Shown here in pieces: positions 39,189-49,034 of a DNA stretch of 64,000 bases (position 1 is the stretch's first letter; each line of letters begins with the position of its first letter). The stretch comes from Promethearchaeati archaeon. Lineage in GTDB: Archaea > Asgardarchaeota > Heimdallarchaeia > Heimdallarchaeales > Heimdallarchaeaceae. The notes beneath the pieces are model-generated. The model did not search any database, was not told where the DNA came from, and was given only the letters and a program-made list of their open reading frames with translations. The translations under genes were made by a program, and so were the position numbers. The stretch spans positions 61,361-125,360 of the forward strand of contig JABLTJ010000014.1 in the NCBI GenBank assembly GCA_013166775.1, in the 5' to 3' direction.

Positions 39189-40274
39189 TTGAATTGGTTT
39201 ATAATCACAAGTACAAAGTGCAATCTATTGTGCAGATACTGTATGAATGAACCTCATCCTAATCTACCCTTAGAACCAGATTGGAAGGTTAAGGAACTAC
39301 GGGAGTTTCTAGCTTCTGATGATTCTCCTACTATAGCTTTTTATGGAGGAGAGCCATTATTGAATTGGCAGTTAATACAAGATGTAATCAATCAAATTCC
39401 AGCTCAACATTTTACAATTCAATCTAATGGATTATTACTGAAGAAAATTCCTAGTGAATATCTTACTAAATTCTCTTCCATCTTAGTTTCTCTCGATGGT
39501 GATAAAGAGATAACAGACTTGAATAGAGGGAAAGGAATTTATGATAAAGTTGCTAATAACATCAAAGATATCAGAGCTAGAGGATTTAAAGGGGATTTAA
39601 TTTCTAGAATGGCAGTTTCCGAAGACTCAAATATTTTTGATGATGTTCTCCATTTACTAAACGATCCAGATTTATCATTTGATAATGTACATTGGCAGAT
39701 AGATTGTCAATGGGATGAGGGTATGAATGTTAGATGGAAAGATTTCTCAGGTTGGATCGAAAAGTATAATCAAGGAATATCGAAACTTGTAGACTATTGG
39801 CTAGAAGAAATGAAGGAGGGCATAGTGAAAGGAATTGTACCTTTTCTTGGTACCTTTAGACACATTCTCAACAAAACAAAAACAAGTTTGCCTTGTGAGG
39901 CTGGGTTAACAAGTTTTGCTATCAGAACCGACTCAAAAATTACTTTTTGTCCTTTACCGCCTGAGTATGAGGAGACAGTAATGGGAGATATTTATAATTC
40001 AACTCCAGAGAGTTTAGAAAATTCTGTTAAAGTGAAGAATCCTTGTCCTGACTGTGAAGTATTCAATCTTTGTGGAGGAAGATGTTTGTTCGCTAATCTC
40101 TACAAACTCTGGGGTGAAGAAGGATTCAGTCTTGTATGTAAAACAGTTAAACATTTAGTAAATGAGCTCCAAAGAATTGAAGGAGATGTTATAAAATTAA
40201 TTCAATTAGGAATTATTAAGAGAGAAGATTTTGATTACCCAACCTATAACAATACAACAGAAATAATTCCTTAA
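39189..40274 (+). CDS. radical SAM/SPASM protein (AF0577/TIGR04084-like)
   Basis: CNLLCRYC, FYGGEPLL, VSLDG, VHWQ, SPASM cysteines (LPC, FCP, CPDCEVFNLCGGRC), C-terminal TEIIP. Confidence 0.88.
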   Translation: MNWFIITSTKCNLLCRYCMNEPHPNLPLEPDWKVKELREFLASDDSPTIAFYGGEPLLNWQLIQDVINQIPAQHFTIQSNGLLLKKIPSEYLTKFSSILVSLDGDKEITDLNRGKGIYDKVANNIKDIRARGFKGDLISRMAVSEDSNIFDDVLHLLNDPDLSFDNVHWQIDCQWDEGMNVRWKDFSGWIEKYNQGISKLVDYWLEEMKEGIVKGIVPFLGTFRHILNKTKTSLPCEAGLTSFAIRTDSKITFCPLPPEYEETVMGDIYNSTPESLENSVKVKNPCPDCEVFNLCGGRCLFANLYKLWGEEGFSLVCKTVKHLVNELQRIEGDVIKLIQLGIIKREDFDYPTYNNTTEIIP

Positions 40275-41203
40275 ACAACCCATAAAATATCAACGATTAT
40301 CTGATCATCCTCTTCTTGTTTTCGTAATATCCCCTGTTTTACTAAACTATTCACTGTTTGCAAAACAGATTGTTTTGTCTTTTGGAGTTGTTCTGTTAGT
40401 AGGTCTAGTGATATTCCTCCACTTCTATGTTCTTTAAGAGCTACTAGAAGTATCTCTCGTTCCAAAATAGGCATTTCAAGAATAGCTTTCATCTCATAAT
40501 ACTCAGGCTCAATATTCTTTTCTAAAATTTCTTGAAGCTGAGAGGATAATTTAGAAAGAGTTTCTTTATTGAAATCACTAATATCAAAAGCCCAGTTACT
40601 TAATCGAAGAATGAGTTTTCTAATCTTCTCTTTCACATCTAAGTATTTCTGGTAATAGTCTTGTGAAAGGACTAAATAGACTACAAAAGGAATAGTAGCA
40701 CCCATTTCATCTGGGATAGGGATGTAGATGGGTATTATCCATCTTTTTTCTTCTTCATCGTAGAAAGGATCAAGGAACTGATACACTCCTTCTTTTCTAC
40801 GTTGGAAATAATCCTGGACAAAATCAGCAGTAAAAGTATCTAAACGAAATTGAATTGATGATTCCGGCTTTGCAGTAGAGAAATTCATAAGGTAGTCTCC
40901 ATTTTCAGATTGGTAGCTTACAAGATTAAAATTCAATCCTGCAGAGATAACTTTGTTTACTTTTTCTATGGTAATCTGTAAACGTGGAGGAAGTTGTTTA
41001 TCAGGAAGAGAACTTCTTACGAAACCAACAGTAATGTGCCTTGTATTAGAAACTTTCTTGATAAAGGGGAAAGTTACATCTTTACCAACAATTTGAACAT
41101 AACCTTCTACTTCATCTCCTCCTTCAATATAGGATATCCAAGTAGGTATTGTTATTCTGTTAGATGAAGTAACAGCTGCTTCAAAGGATATTGGTAGCTT
41201 AAT
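40271..41203 (-). CDS. AbrB-like N-terminal domain + central domain + C-terminal winged helix; probable ATT start
   Basis: Frame stays open from the TTG at 40936 up to TAG at 41216-41218, encoding IKLPISFEAAVTSSNRITIPTWISYIEGGDEVEGYV; GAGGCG 7 nt upstream of ATT; wHTH LEREILLVAL...ISLDLLTEQL...VNSLVKQGIL. Confidence 0.7.
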   Translation of the reverse strand: MKLPISFEAAVTSSNRITIPTWISYIEGGDEVEGYVQIVGKDVTFPFIKKVSNTRHITVGFVRSSLPDKQLPPRLQITIEKVNKVISAGLNFNLVSYQSENGDYLMNFSTAKPESSIQFRLDTFTADFVQDYFQRRKEGVYQFLDPFYDEEEKRWIIPIYIPIPDEMGATIPFVVYLVLSQDYYQKYLDVKEKIRKLILRLSNWAFDISDFNKETLSKLSSQLQEILEKNIEPEYYEMKAILEMPILEREILLVALKEHRSGGISLDLLTEQLQKTKQSVLQTVNSLVKQGILRKQEEDDQIIVDILWVV

Positions 41204-41280
41204 GTTCTTTCGCCTCTACTCTAGTTCGTTTAATAATGAAGAAGATAGTTTTTGAAGATAAAAATCTTTGTACGTAAGTA

Positions 41281-42021
41281 TCATTGGTCTGATTTTGCTT
41301 TTTCAGCATCGTAGACATCAAAACCTTCTGCAATGGGTGGAGCTCTTTTTTCGAAAAATTGTTTTTTGGCTAAGTAAATTAATACTATACAATACAGAAT
41401 GAAGTTGATGAAGGGAATCAACCATCCCCAATAACCAATAGCTACTACTAGACAGAAGACTCCTACTATTAAGAGAAAAACTAGCTCTGCATGTCGAGCT
41501 GTCAGTGTTGTGAATGGGAGCATTAAGTCAGAGAAATCTGGCATACCAAAATAAATCAGACAGAAGATTAAGTAAGCAATCATCCACTGTCCATAGATAA
41601 AATCTATCGAGATAAAGAAGTCCTTGAAATCACCGTGGAAGTTTATTAGGAGTGCAACAAAAGCGAAATTAAATAGAGGTGCTATACCGATTATAAAAGC
41701 ATGCCATACGTTCTTCAGTTCTCCTGATAGACTTTGTGAGGTGACATCCCGCAGAGCAAAACTCATATGAAAGTTTACTTTAACTTGGTAACCCAGCATT
41801 TTGATAGCTAGAGAATGGAAGAGTTGATGAAAGAAAGCACCAGGAAAAGCTAGGAGATTAAAGTATTTTTTGATATTTTTAAATAGCATATCTGTGAGTA
41901 AATCCCATAAGAATTTGGACAAGAACAATGTAAAAACAACCAATATTGTTAGTTTTACAGTTCCATTAAATATTCCTACTAAAGCTTCATACATATTTGT
42001 TAATATCGGAGGTATTGGCAT
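41281..42021 (-). CDS. membrane zincin-like (DUF3267/M50-like) protein with HQxxH in place of HExxH
   Basis: FPGAFFHQLFHSLA, IGIAPL, MPDFSDL; several TM helices; start at MPIPP. Confidence 0.7.
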   Translation of the reverse strand: MPIPPILTNMYEALVGIFNGTVKLTILVVFTLFLSKFLWDLLTDMLFKNIKKYFNLLAFPGAFFHQLFHSLAIKMLGYQVKVNFHMSFALRDVTSQSLSGELKNVWHAFIIGIAPLFNFAFVALLINFHGDFKDFFISIDFIYGQWMIAYLIFCLIYFGMPDFSDLMLPFTTLTARHAELVFLLIVGVFCLVVAIGYWGWLIPFINFILYCIVLIYLAKKQFFEKRAPPIAEGFDVYDAEKAKSDQ

Positions 42022-42868
42022 TATTTGCACTCTCTTCCATTTTACCCAAACCCAGAAGACCGGCAATATTTTTCTTGCGAATTAAACCTCTATAACGATA
42101 AACTTTCCTCTTTAGAAAATCTAATTCGATGTTGAACTCATCTTTAACAATGAGCCAAATTGTGTTGGTAACACTGCGATCAAAGATGAAAAATGGAAGT
42201 AAAGAGGACACTATAACTAATGCAGCTAATTCTATGTCAATACGAGGAACTACACGTTCGTCTATTAAGAAGAAAGCTTTATCTTGTAAACGATCTAAAT
42301 CCTCTTCGAATTCAGGGAAGAGGAGAGCGAGAACATTTATGAATTGAGAAACTCTGTCCTTAAGCAAAGGACTGTAAATATTCTTATGCTTGCGTTGAAT
42401 GTATCCAGCAGCGATAAGATCACTTTGAGTCTTTTTCACGGAAAAGAAACTGAAAATCTTAGTTTTTCTGATATCAAGCAACTCCCTTACATATTCGATA
42501 TGTTTGGGAGAAAGTTTACTACCCACAAGTGATAAGCGATAATCGAGAAGTGCTAAGTAGTGGATAGCAATATGATTCTTAGTAAAGTAACGTTTGTCAT
42601 AGTCATCAATTAAATCAGGTAAAAATCTCTGAAATTGGATTAGAACTCCAGAAACAATCTTATCAGGATAGAATTCTAAGAAGCAATTTGCAACTTTTGT
42701 AGCGAAATCCATTATTTTGTTGAAACGTTCTTCCTCAGCATCAACAAAATAACTTTTAACTATACTTGCTTTGCGCAATCCAGGGGAAAGAATTTGCGAG
42801 AGATCATGGGGAGATATATATGTCCCCAATTTCTCCTCGGCTTTTACAGCCAGTGATTCAGTTGCCAT
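41987..42868 (-). CDS. hypothetical protein, possibly a divergent TFB-like double cyclin fold
   Basis: Two helical repeats with TFB-like spacing; AAGGTG RBS; no Zn ribbon. Confidence 0.45.
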   Translation of the reverse strand: MATESLAVKAEEKLGTYISPHDLSQILSPGLRKASIVKSYFVDAEEERFNKIMDFATKVANCFLEFYPDKIVSGVLIQFQRFLPDLIDDYDKRYFTKNHIAIHYLALLDYRLSLVGSKLSPKHIEYVRELLDIRKTKIFSFFSVKKTQSDLIAAGYIQRKHKNIYSPLLKDRVSQFINVLALLFPEFEEDLDRLQDKAFFLIDERVVPRIDIELAALVIVSSLLPFFIFDRSVTNTIWLIVKDEFNIELDFLKRKVYRYRGLIRKKNIAGLLGLGKMEESANNANTSDINKYV

Positions 42869-42902
42869 CTATGGATACACCTTACCATGTCTTCAAATAA
42901 CA

Positions 42903-42919
42903 AAAAGGTACCACCTTTT
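42903..42919. promoter_or_regulatory. inverted repeat, candidate operator upstream of 41987-42868
   Basis: AAAAGGT-ACC-ACCTTTT overlapping a minus-strand TTAAAAG TATA-like box. Confidence 0.4.
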
Positions 42920-42933
42920 AAGAAACTACTTAG

Positions 42934-43133
42934 AAAAATTGCAGTTTTTTTGCAGTTTACGTCAAGAAATTTCTTGCGGGGTTTAAATACATCAGATTTT
43001 TTGAAGAATGTTTTTATAGTTTTTTCACTATCTAAAAATTGCAGTTTTTTTGCAGTTTACGTCAAGAAATTTCTTGCGGGGTTTAAATACATCAGATTTT
43101 TTGAAGAATGTTTTTATAGTTTTTTCACTATCT
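42934..43133. repeat. perfect 2 x 100-bp tandem duplication of a divergent promoter region
   Basis: 42934-43033 is identical to 43034-43133; each copy has the palindrome CAAGAAATTTCTTG and TTTAAATA. Confidence 0.95.
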
Positions 43134-43145
43134 TAACTCAACGAA

Positions 43146-44657
43146 ATGCCTGCTGATCAAAACAAGAAAAATGGTTACAAGAATAAAAAGAATATCAAGA
43201 CAAGGATTATAGGAATACTAGTTATATTAGTTATTATAATTGGAACTGTAACAATATCACATTTTTCTTCATTGGAGCCAGAAATAGAATATCCAGAAAT
43301 AAAACAAGGTGCATATTTAGAAATTGGAAATAGCAGTAATTTCACTGATTATGGATTGCTTGGCAATGGATCTCTTGAGAATCCGTATATAATAGAAAAT
43401 CTGACTATTAGTAATTATGAACAAGGGATATCTATATGGAACATCATAGAGAATGTAACTATTAGAAATTGCATCATGACTAACAATATAGTTGGTATCA
43501 ATATACATGGAGTTGAATCAAGTGTTATTAAAATCTTTAACTGCACTATTGAATCACAATGGCAGTTAAGTGATGGGATAGAACTCTGGAGTTCAAATGA
43601 ACAAATAGCGGGAAATATTATCCTAATTAACAACACTATAGATGTGGATAATAATGCTTTGAAAATTCCTGGTGGTCGTCGTTCTAAAGTTAACTCTACA
43701 ATCTTAGAGAATCAGTTCATAAATGGATATATATCTGTTGCAGGACAAGTTAATGCAAGAATATACAACAATATATTCGTACAAGGAGGTGTAAGTACTT
43801 ATCTTACTCCATATATTCATATAGAAAACAATTCCTTTGAGAATGGTACTATCTTTGTGTCGGATTCAGATTTAATAGAAATAAGAAACAACTCTTTCAT
43901 AAGAGGTGGGATTTCATTCTTTTATATCAAAGAAAATCAATTAGAGAATTGCATAGTAGAGTATAATTATGTTAACAAACGAGAAATAAAGATTTTCAGA
44001 AATTTAAATAACACAGAAATTATTGATATGAATTTTGGTGAGATTATCCTTTTTGATTGTGAAAATACTAAAATTAAAGACAATAGTATCACTCATGCAT
44101 CTGTAGGAATATCGATTCACCATAGTAAAAATATCACACTAGAGAATAATCAATTGACTGAAAATTATGAGTATGGAATTGTATTACTTGATTCTGATTC
44201 TTGCGAGATAATAAACAATGAGTTCAAATTCTGTGAGAGAGTTGGTATAGTTTTACAAAATACAAATAATACTCAAATAGTTAACAACACGTTTATAGAA
44301 AATAAATGTCATGGAATTTATTTAGTAAATTCTTTTGATTGTTTAATATATAATAATCACTTTATCGATAATAATATAGTTTGTAAAAAACAAGCTTACG
44401 ATTCCAATGGAAACAATTACTGGTATAATCCAGGAACAAAGAAAGGAAATTATTGGTCAGACTGGTCAGGAATTGGGAGTTATAGAATCAATAATTATAA
44501 AGAACATCCAAAAGATCTTTATCCCTTAAGGAATAGTCCATATGGAAAACGAAAGATGTGTTTAGGAGAATGGATGGCAATAACACTATTACCTCCAATA
44601 ATGTTGATTGCTTATTTCAGAAGAATGAGAATTATAAATAAATTTGGAAAACAGTAA
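43146..44657 (+). CDS. right-handed beta-helix (NosD-like) surface protein with N- and C-terminal TM anchors
   Basis: GNGSLENPYIIENL, Asn-ladder repeats, GNYWSDWSG...DLYPL. Confidence 0.88.
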   Translation: MPADQNKKNGYKNKKNIKTRIIGILVILVIIIGTVTISHFSSLEPEIEYPEIKQGAYLEIGNSSNFTDYGLLGNGSLENPYIIENLTISNYEQGISIWNIIENVTIRNCIMTNNIVGINIHGVESSVIKIFNCTIESQWQLSDGIELWSSNEQIAGNIILINNTIDVDNNALKIPGGRRSKVNSTILENQFINGYISVAGQVNARIYNNIFVQGGVSTYLTPYIHIENNSFENGTIFVSDSDLIEIRNNSFIRGGISFFYIKENQLENCIVEYNYVNKREIKIFRNLNNTEIIDMNFGEIILFDCENTKIKDNSITHASVGISIHHSKNITLENNQLTENYEYGIVLLDSDSCEIINNEFKFCERVGIVLQNTNNTQIVNNTFIENKCHGIYLVNSFDCLIYNNHFIDNNIVCKKQAYDSNGNNYWYNPGTKKGNYWSDWSGIGSYRINNYKEHPKDLYPLRNSPYGKRKMCLGEWMAITLLPPIMLIAYFRRMRIINKFGKQ

Positions 44658-44731
44658 AACTATTGAAATTTATTGTGGAGTTTAAATATGAATTCTTTTC
44701 TACACAGATTTTTTTATAGATTAATCCAATA

Positions 44732-46067
44732 GTGTGTAAGATTTTGATATCAAAGATTCAGAGAGAGGATATGAAGTATGTTCCCAAAAAGAGTTATATG
44801 CAAGTTTTCAAAAATAACTGTAGCTATAATTCTTATGGGATAGTTCTAGCTGACATTTCGAACTCAAATATAAACGATAATTTTTGTTTTGATAATCACA
44901 AGGGAATATATACAATCAGTTCAGAATGCATAAACATTCTTAGGAATAATTGTACTAAAAGTACTCGTTATGGAATTGAGTTAAGAGAGTAGAAATCTAC
45001 TAGTCAGAGAGAATTTTTGTAAACAGAATGAAGAAGTAGGGATAACACTTTCTCTTGGATTGGAAGATATCAAAGTACTAAACAACACTTGTTTGAGAAA
45101 CAAATGGGGTGGGATATATATTCTATCATATGAAAATGTCAGCATAGAATCTAATTATCTGATAGAAGATGGTTTTAGAGTACACTATACTAAAGGACTA
45201 GACAAATTAAGAATGAGATGGAATAGTGTCAACAATAAACCAGTTGGTTTTTTTTCAAATATTGGTGAAGAAGAGATTATTAATCGAGAATTTGGACAAT
45301 TATTTCTAGTCAGTTGTGAATCCTTAATTGTTAAGAATTTAGAATTTAGCAAAGTTCTTGTATCAATCTATGTGATTAACTGTGACTATGTAACTATTCA
45401 GAACTGTAAAGTACTAGATAATAAAGCAGACTGTATGGTTGTTCGCAATTCAAGAAACACTATTATTAAAGATAATTTATTTTGGAGTAGATATAGTTGC
45501 GATTCAATTGTCTTATTTTCATGCAAAAAGACTGTGATTAGGAATAATACATGTAAATCAAGTACAAAAAATTATGGTCCTGATGGGATTAAATTCTTTA
45601 ATTCAAATTGGACAGTTATAGAAGGAAATTGGATATTCAAAAACAGTTTTGGAATTTTTGTTGCAGAATCGTCAAATTGTACAATTACATATAATGTAAT
45701 AGAAAATAATTCTGCATATGGAATATATATGCGAGATCATTCAGACGATAATTTAATTCATCATAACTCTTTCATTCATAATAATTATGGTGGTGACTCT
45801 CAAGCACTTGATAAAGGGAGCAATAATACTTGGTTTGATCCATTGACAAAAGAAGGAAACTATTGGTCAGACTATGATGGAGAAGGAAATTATAGTATTG
45901 CAAGTTCTGCAAAATCCAAAGATCCTTATCCCCTAAACGAAGATTTAGATAGAATTCACAAAACTGATTTTCAATTTGTCATATTTCCCCTCTTTCTAAT
46001 AGTTATTTCCTTAACAATTCGAAGGAAAAAAAGGAAAGGAAAACAAATCTATCTTCAAATTCATTAA
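44732..46067 (+). pseudogene. 5'-truncated, frameshifted beta-helix surface protein
   Basis: Beta-helix repeats in 44732-44992 continue in another frame (SRNLLVRENFCKQNEEVGI) into 45060-46067; shift at AGAGAG 44984-44989; no signal peptide or N-cap. Confidence 0.75.
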
Positions 46068-46125
46068 AACCTATCATTTGTTTAATCTGATAAAGCATAT
46101 AAGTGTCCAATATTTGCCACATTCT

Positions 46126-47019
46126 ATGACAGAATATGAGATAAGAAAATATGACGAGTCATATATTGAAGACCAAGTAAGAATTGGAACTTTGTTAGCA
46201 GAAAGGACTTTCACTTATGGACAATCTTCAGTAGAACAAATAAAACAAGTTTATGCAAGGGAGGACTTCGATCCTGAAACAAGATTATATTGCTTTAAAG
46301 GAGACGAATTAGTAGGTTTTATTGGTGCTAGAGTACGAGAAGATGAAGAAGAAAAAATTAAGATTGCACAATCTCGTCTGGCAATTTGTCTTCCTGGTCA
46401 TGAAAATGCATTTGATTTACTCTATGAAAATCTGGTTGAGGTTCTCAAGAAGAAGGATGTACAAAGAATAGAGACTGGACAAACTGTTGCTGAAGGCTTT
46501 TATTATGACCTTACTAAGAAGAAGGGATTCGAGTTAGTACGAGATGGTGTATTTATTTATCAATTTGAGTTTTCCAATTTGAAAGACTTTGAGACTGATG
46601 CCGAAGTCGGAGATTTTGACAAAGAAACAGACGCGGAACAAGTTGTTAATAGGCTTTGTGAACTCTATCCCCAAATTCAAAAAGAAAATGTCCAGAATGC
46701 AGTTAATAACTATGCAGAAAACGAAAATGTTGTTGCGAATAGATCACTTCGAAAGGATGGTAAAGTCGTTGGATATGGTTGTGTAGCTAAAGGTCAACAC
46801 CCTGAGGTTGTTAATATTAGACTACTATGCAGTGACAATTCTGAGTATAAGAAACACATTACTGCTGATTTAGTAAAGAAATGCAAGGAGAAAGGTTTCG
46901 ATAAAGTGAGTGTTTTCCTTAATCCTGAAAATCCAGCTGATGTCCAAGAAGCAAAAGATGTTGAAGCAATTGGTTTTAAGAAAATTGGTTCTTTTGAAAC
47001 TTTCAGTAAAGAAATTTGA
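46126..47019 (+). CDS. tandem GNAT-fold protein
   Basis: Two GNAT-like repeats (KGDELVGFI...KKGF; KDGKVVGYG...AIGF); start at MTEYEIR. Confidence 0.75.
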   Translation: MTEYEIRKYDESYIEDQVRIGTLLAERTFTYGQSSVEQIKQVYAREDFDPETRLYCFKGDELVGFIGARVREDEEEKIKIAQSRLAICLPGHENAFDLLYENLVEVLKKKDVQRIETGQTVAEGFYYDLTKKKGFELVRDGVFIYQFEFSNLKDFETDAEVGDFDKETDAEQVVNRLCELYPQIQKENVQNAVNNYAENENVVANRSLRKDGKVVGYGCVAKGQHPEVVNIRLLCSDNSEYKKHITADLVKKCKEKGFDKVSVFLNPENPADVQEAKDVEAIGFKKIGSFETFSKEI

Positions 47020-47122
47020 GAAGGTTTCTCTTTTTTATTTTTTCTATGTAGCTTGCTCAAAAACTCGAAACTTTTTTATTTGTGAAAGAGAGCTCACAGT
47101 AATTTCGCAATGTGATGTTAAA

Positions 47123-47491
47123 ATGGTGGAAAAAAAGACAATTGGTACAATTATTAGTGTGAGTTGGCTTGTAATCTTAATTGCTTTATGGGTATCATAT
47201 CAATGGCTTCCAGGAGATATTTTCATGTGGATGTGGATAGCTATTGGTTGGTCTTTCTTAGGTGGTGTTTTTGGAGCTATTTTCTTCGCTGCAAGAAGCA
47301 AAAGAAATCTCCTTATTGTCTGTATAATATGGATAATTATCTTAGCAGTTCTGTTGACACATTGGTTTTATCCTTTTATTCCTGGAGTAGAATTACATTG
47401 GTACTGGGTTACTATTGCTTGGTTTATTTCTTGTGGAGTTGTAACAGGAGGTATACTCACACTAAAATTATTGAAAAAAACTGAATGGTAA
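47123..47491 (+). CDS. four-TM Trp-rich membrane protein with internal duplication
   Basis: WMWIAIGWSFLGGV and WYWVTIAWFISCGV halves; start at MVEKK. Confidence 0.7.
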   Translation: MVEKKTIGTIISVSWLVILIALWVSYQWLPGDIFMWMWIAIGWSFLGGVFGAIFFAARSKRNLLIVCIIWIIILAVLLTHWFYPFIPGVELHWYWVTIAWFISCGVVTGGILTLKLLKKTEW

Positions 47492-47513
47492 AAATTACCT
47501 TTTTTTTCTTTTT

Positions 47514-47912
47514 CTACGCTTTCTTTCTGATAGGTATACTCAAACCATATCCCATCAATGAGCAGACAAATCCAAAAGCAAGAACTATTGCAGGAGCGTA
47601 AGGAAGGAAGCTAAAAACCTCTGTTCCTTTGATAACTGCTAAATTTAAGAGTGCAACTATTAAAGCAAAGATAGAAGATAAAAATAACCAATCTTTTAGA
47701 TTATCATAAACAGTGAACCCTAAGATAAAACCTCCTATTACAGGAGATAAACATCCAGTGGAAACTGGGAAGAGAATTTGCCATTTGTTAGCACTGTGTG
47801 CTATTACTGCAAACAGACTATAGATGATTGCTACAGCTATTAGACTGAAAATCATTGATCTGAGATTCATTATTTTCCTTTCTAATTTTTGTTCTGATAG
47901 TTCTAAAGACAT
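47514..47912 (-). CDS. four-TM membrane protein
   Basis: Hydrophobic segments, PVIGGFILG. Confidence 0.7.
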   Translation of the reverse strand: MSLELSEQKLERKIMNLRSMIFSLIAVAIIYSLFAVIAHSANKWQILFPVSTGCLSPVIGGFILGFTVYDNLKDWLFLSSIFALIVALLNLAVIKGTEVFSFLPYAPAIVLAFGFVCSLMGYGLSIPIRKKA

Positions 47913-48025
47913 ACTCTTTGGAGTTTTTTTGGGTATTTATAAGATTTATTTAAGAATTCCATTATTTAGAAAACAATTCAAAAATAGAAAAAAAAGCTAG
48001 TCAATCTTGAAAATTTCGTAACTGA

Positions 48026-48952
48026 TTGAGTAATATTCAAAGATTAAGAAAACTATTACTGTCAGAATCAATGATAAGTGAGAAACAACAGCCTGAGCAT
48101 ATTATTCTTTTTGATGGAAGAAAAATATTCTTTAATGAATATGGGGATAGAGAAGGAACTCCTGTTTTATATTTCCATGGGTTTCCAAACTGTAGACTTG
48201 AAGCAGGCATGATCCATTCGAAAGCAGAAAGAATTGGAGTAAGGATAATTTCTATTGATCGTCCAGGAATTGGTCTATCGGATTTTCATCAAAAGAGACA
48301 GATAATAGATTGGCCTAACGACATCATTGAATTAGCTGATCAACTGGTAATTGAAAAATTCAGTGTCTTAGGTGTTTCTGCAGGGGCTCCTTATGCTTTA
48401 GCATGTGCTTCTAAATGCTCTACAAGAATAACAACTGTTGGTATTGTTTCAGCTTTAGGCTCAATTGAACATAAATACTCTCTTCGCAAAGATTATATTA
48501 TAGCTTTTAAAATTGCTGGAGTTTCTCTGAAAGCATTTCAAAGAATTTTATGGTTGAACAGATTCAGATATATCAAAAAACCAGACAAAGCACATATTTT
48601 TACAGAAAAGAAAATGAAAGAGTTAGCTGATTGCGACAGAAAAATAGCTCAGATTCAATCAGTTAATGACTATATTCAAAAGACTCAATGTGAAGCTAGC
48701 ATAAGAGGTATGAAGGGATTAGCTTACGAAGCTAAATTACTTGGTAAGCCCTGGAATATTAAACTAGAAGAGATTTCTCAAGATTTAGATATCATTATGT
48801 GGCATGGAGAGAATGATAATATTTCATCATATTTAGCTACAAAAGCTATAGGAAAAAGAATACCAAATTGTTGTGTTAATTACTATCCAAATGAAGGTCA
48901 TTATTCGTTAATTATTAACAAGACGAATGACATACTTTTGAAATTAAGATGA
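48026..48952 (+). CDS. alpha/beta-fold hydrolase
   Basis: YFHGFP, DRPGIGLS, GVSAG, WHGEND, EGH. Confidence 0.92.
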   Translation: MSNIQRLRKLLLSESMISEKQQPEHIILFDGRKIFFNEYGDREGTPVLYFHGFPNCRLEAGMIHSKAERIGVRIISIDRPGIGLSDFHQKRQIIDWPNDIIELADQLVIEKFSVLGVSAGAPYALACASKCSTRITTVGIVSALGSIEHKYSLRKDYIIAFKIAGVSLKAFQRILWLNRFRYIKKPDKAHIFTEKKMKELADCDRKIAQIQSVNDYIQKTQCEASIRGMKGLAYEAKLLGKPWNIKLEEISQDLDIIMWHGENDNISSYLATKAIGKRIPNCCVNYYPNEGHYSLIINKTNDILLKLR

Positions 48953-49034
48953 TTTAAAAAATCTAAAAGATATTTTAATAAGTTTAAAATCTGACTACGA
49001 TTAAGTTTAAGAATAAGTCGAAATTTCTTAACTT

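Noticed and set aside
42887-43156. 89-aa ORF across the 100-bp duplication
   Set aside because: By-product of duplicated AT-rich promoter sequence with no protein-like features
46910-47122. Long N-terminus of the 193-aa ORF
   Set aside because: Overlaps the upstream GNAT gene and its T-rich terminator region; the likely start is 47123
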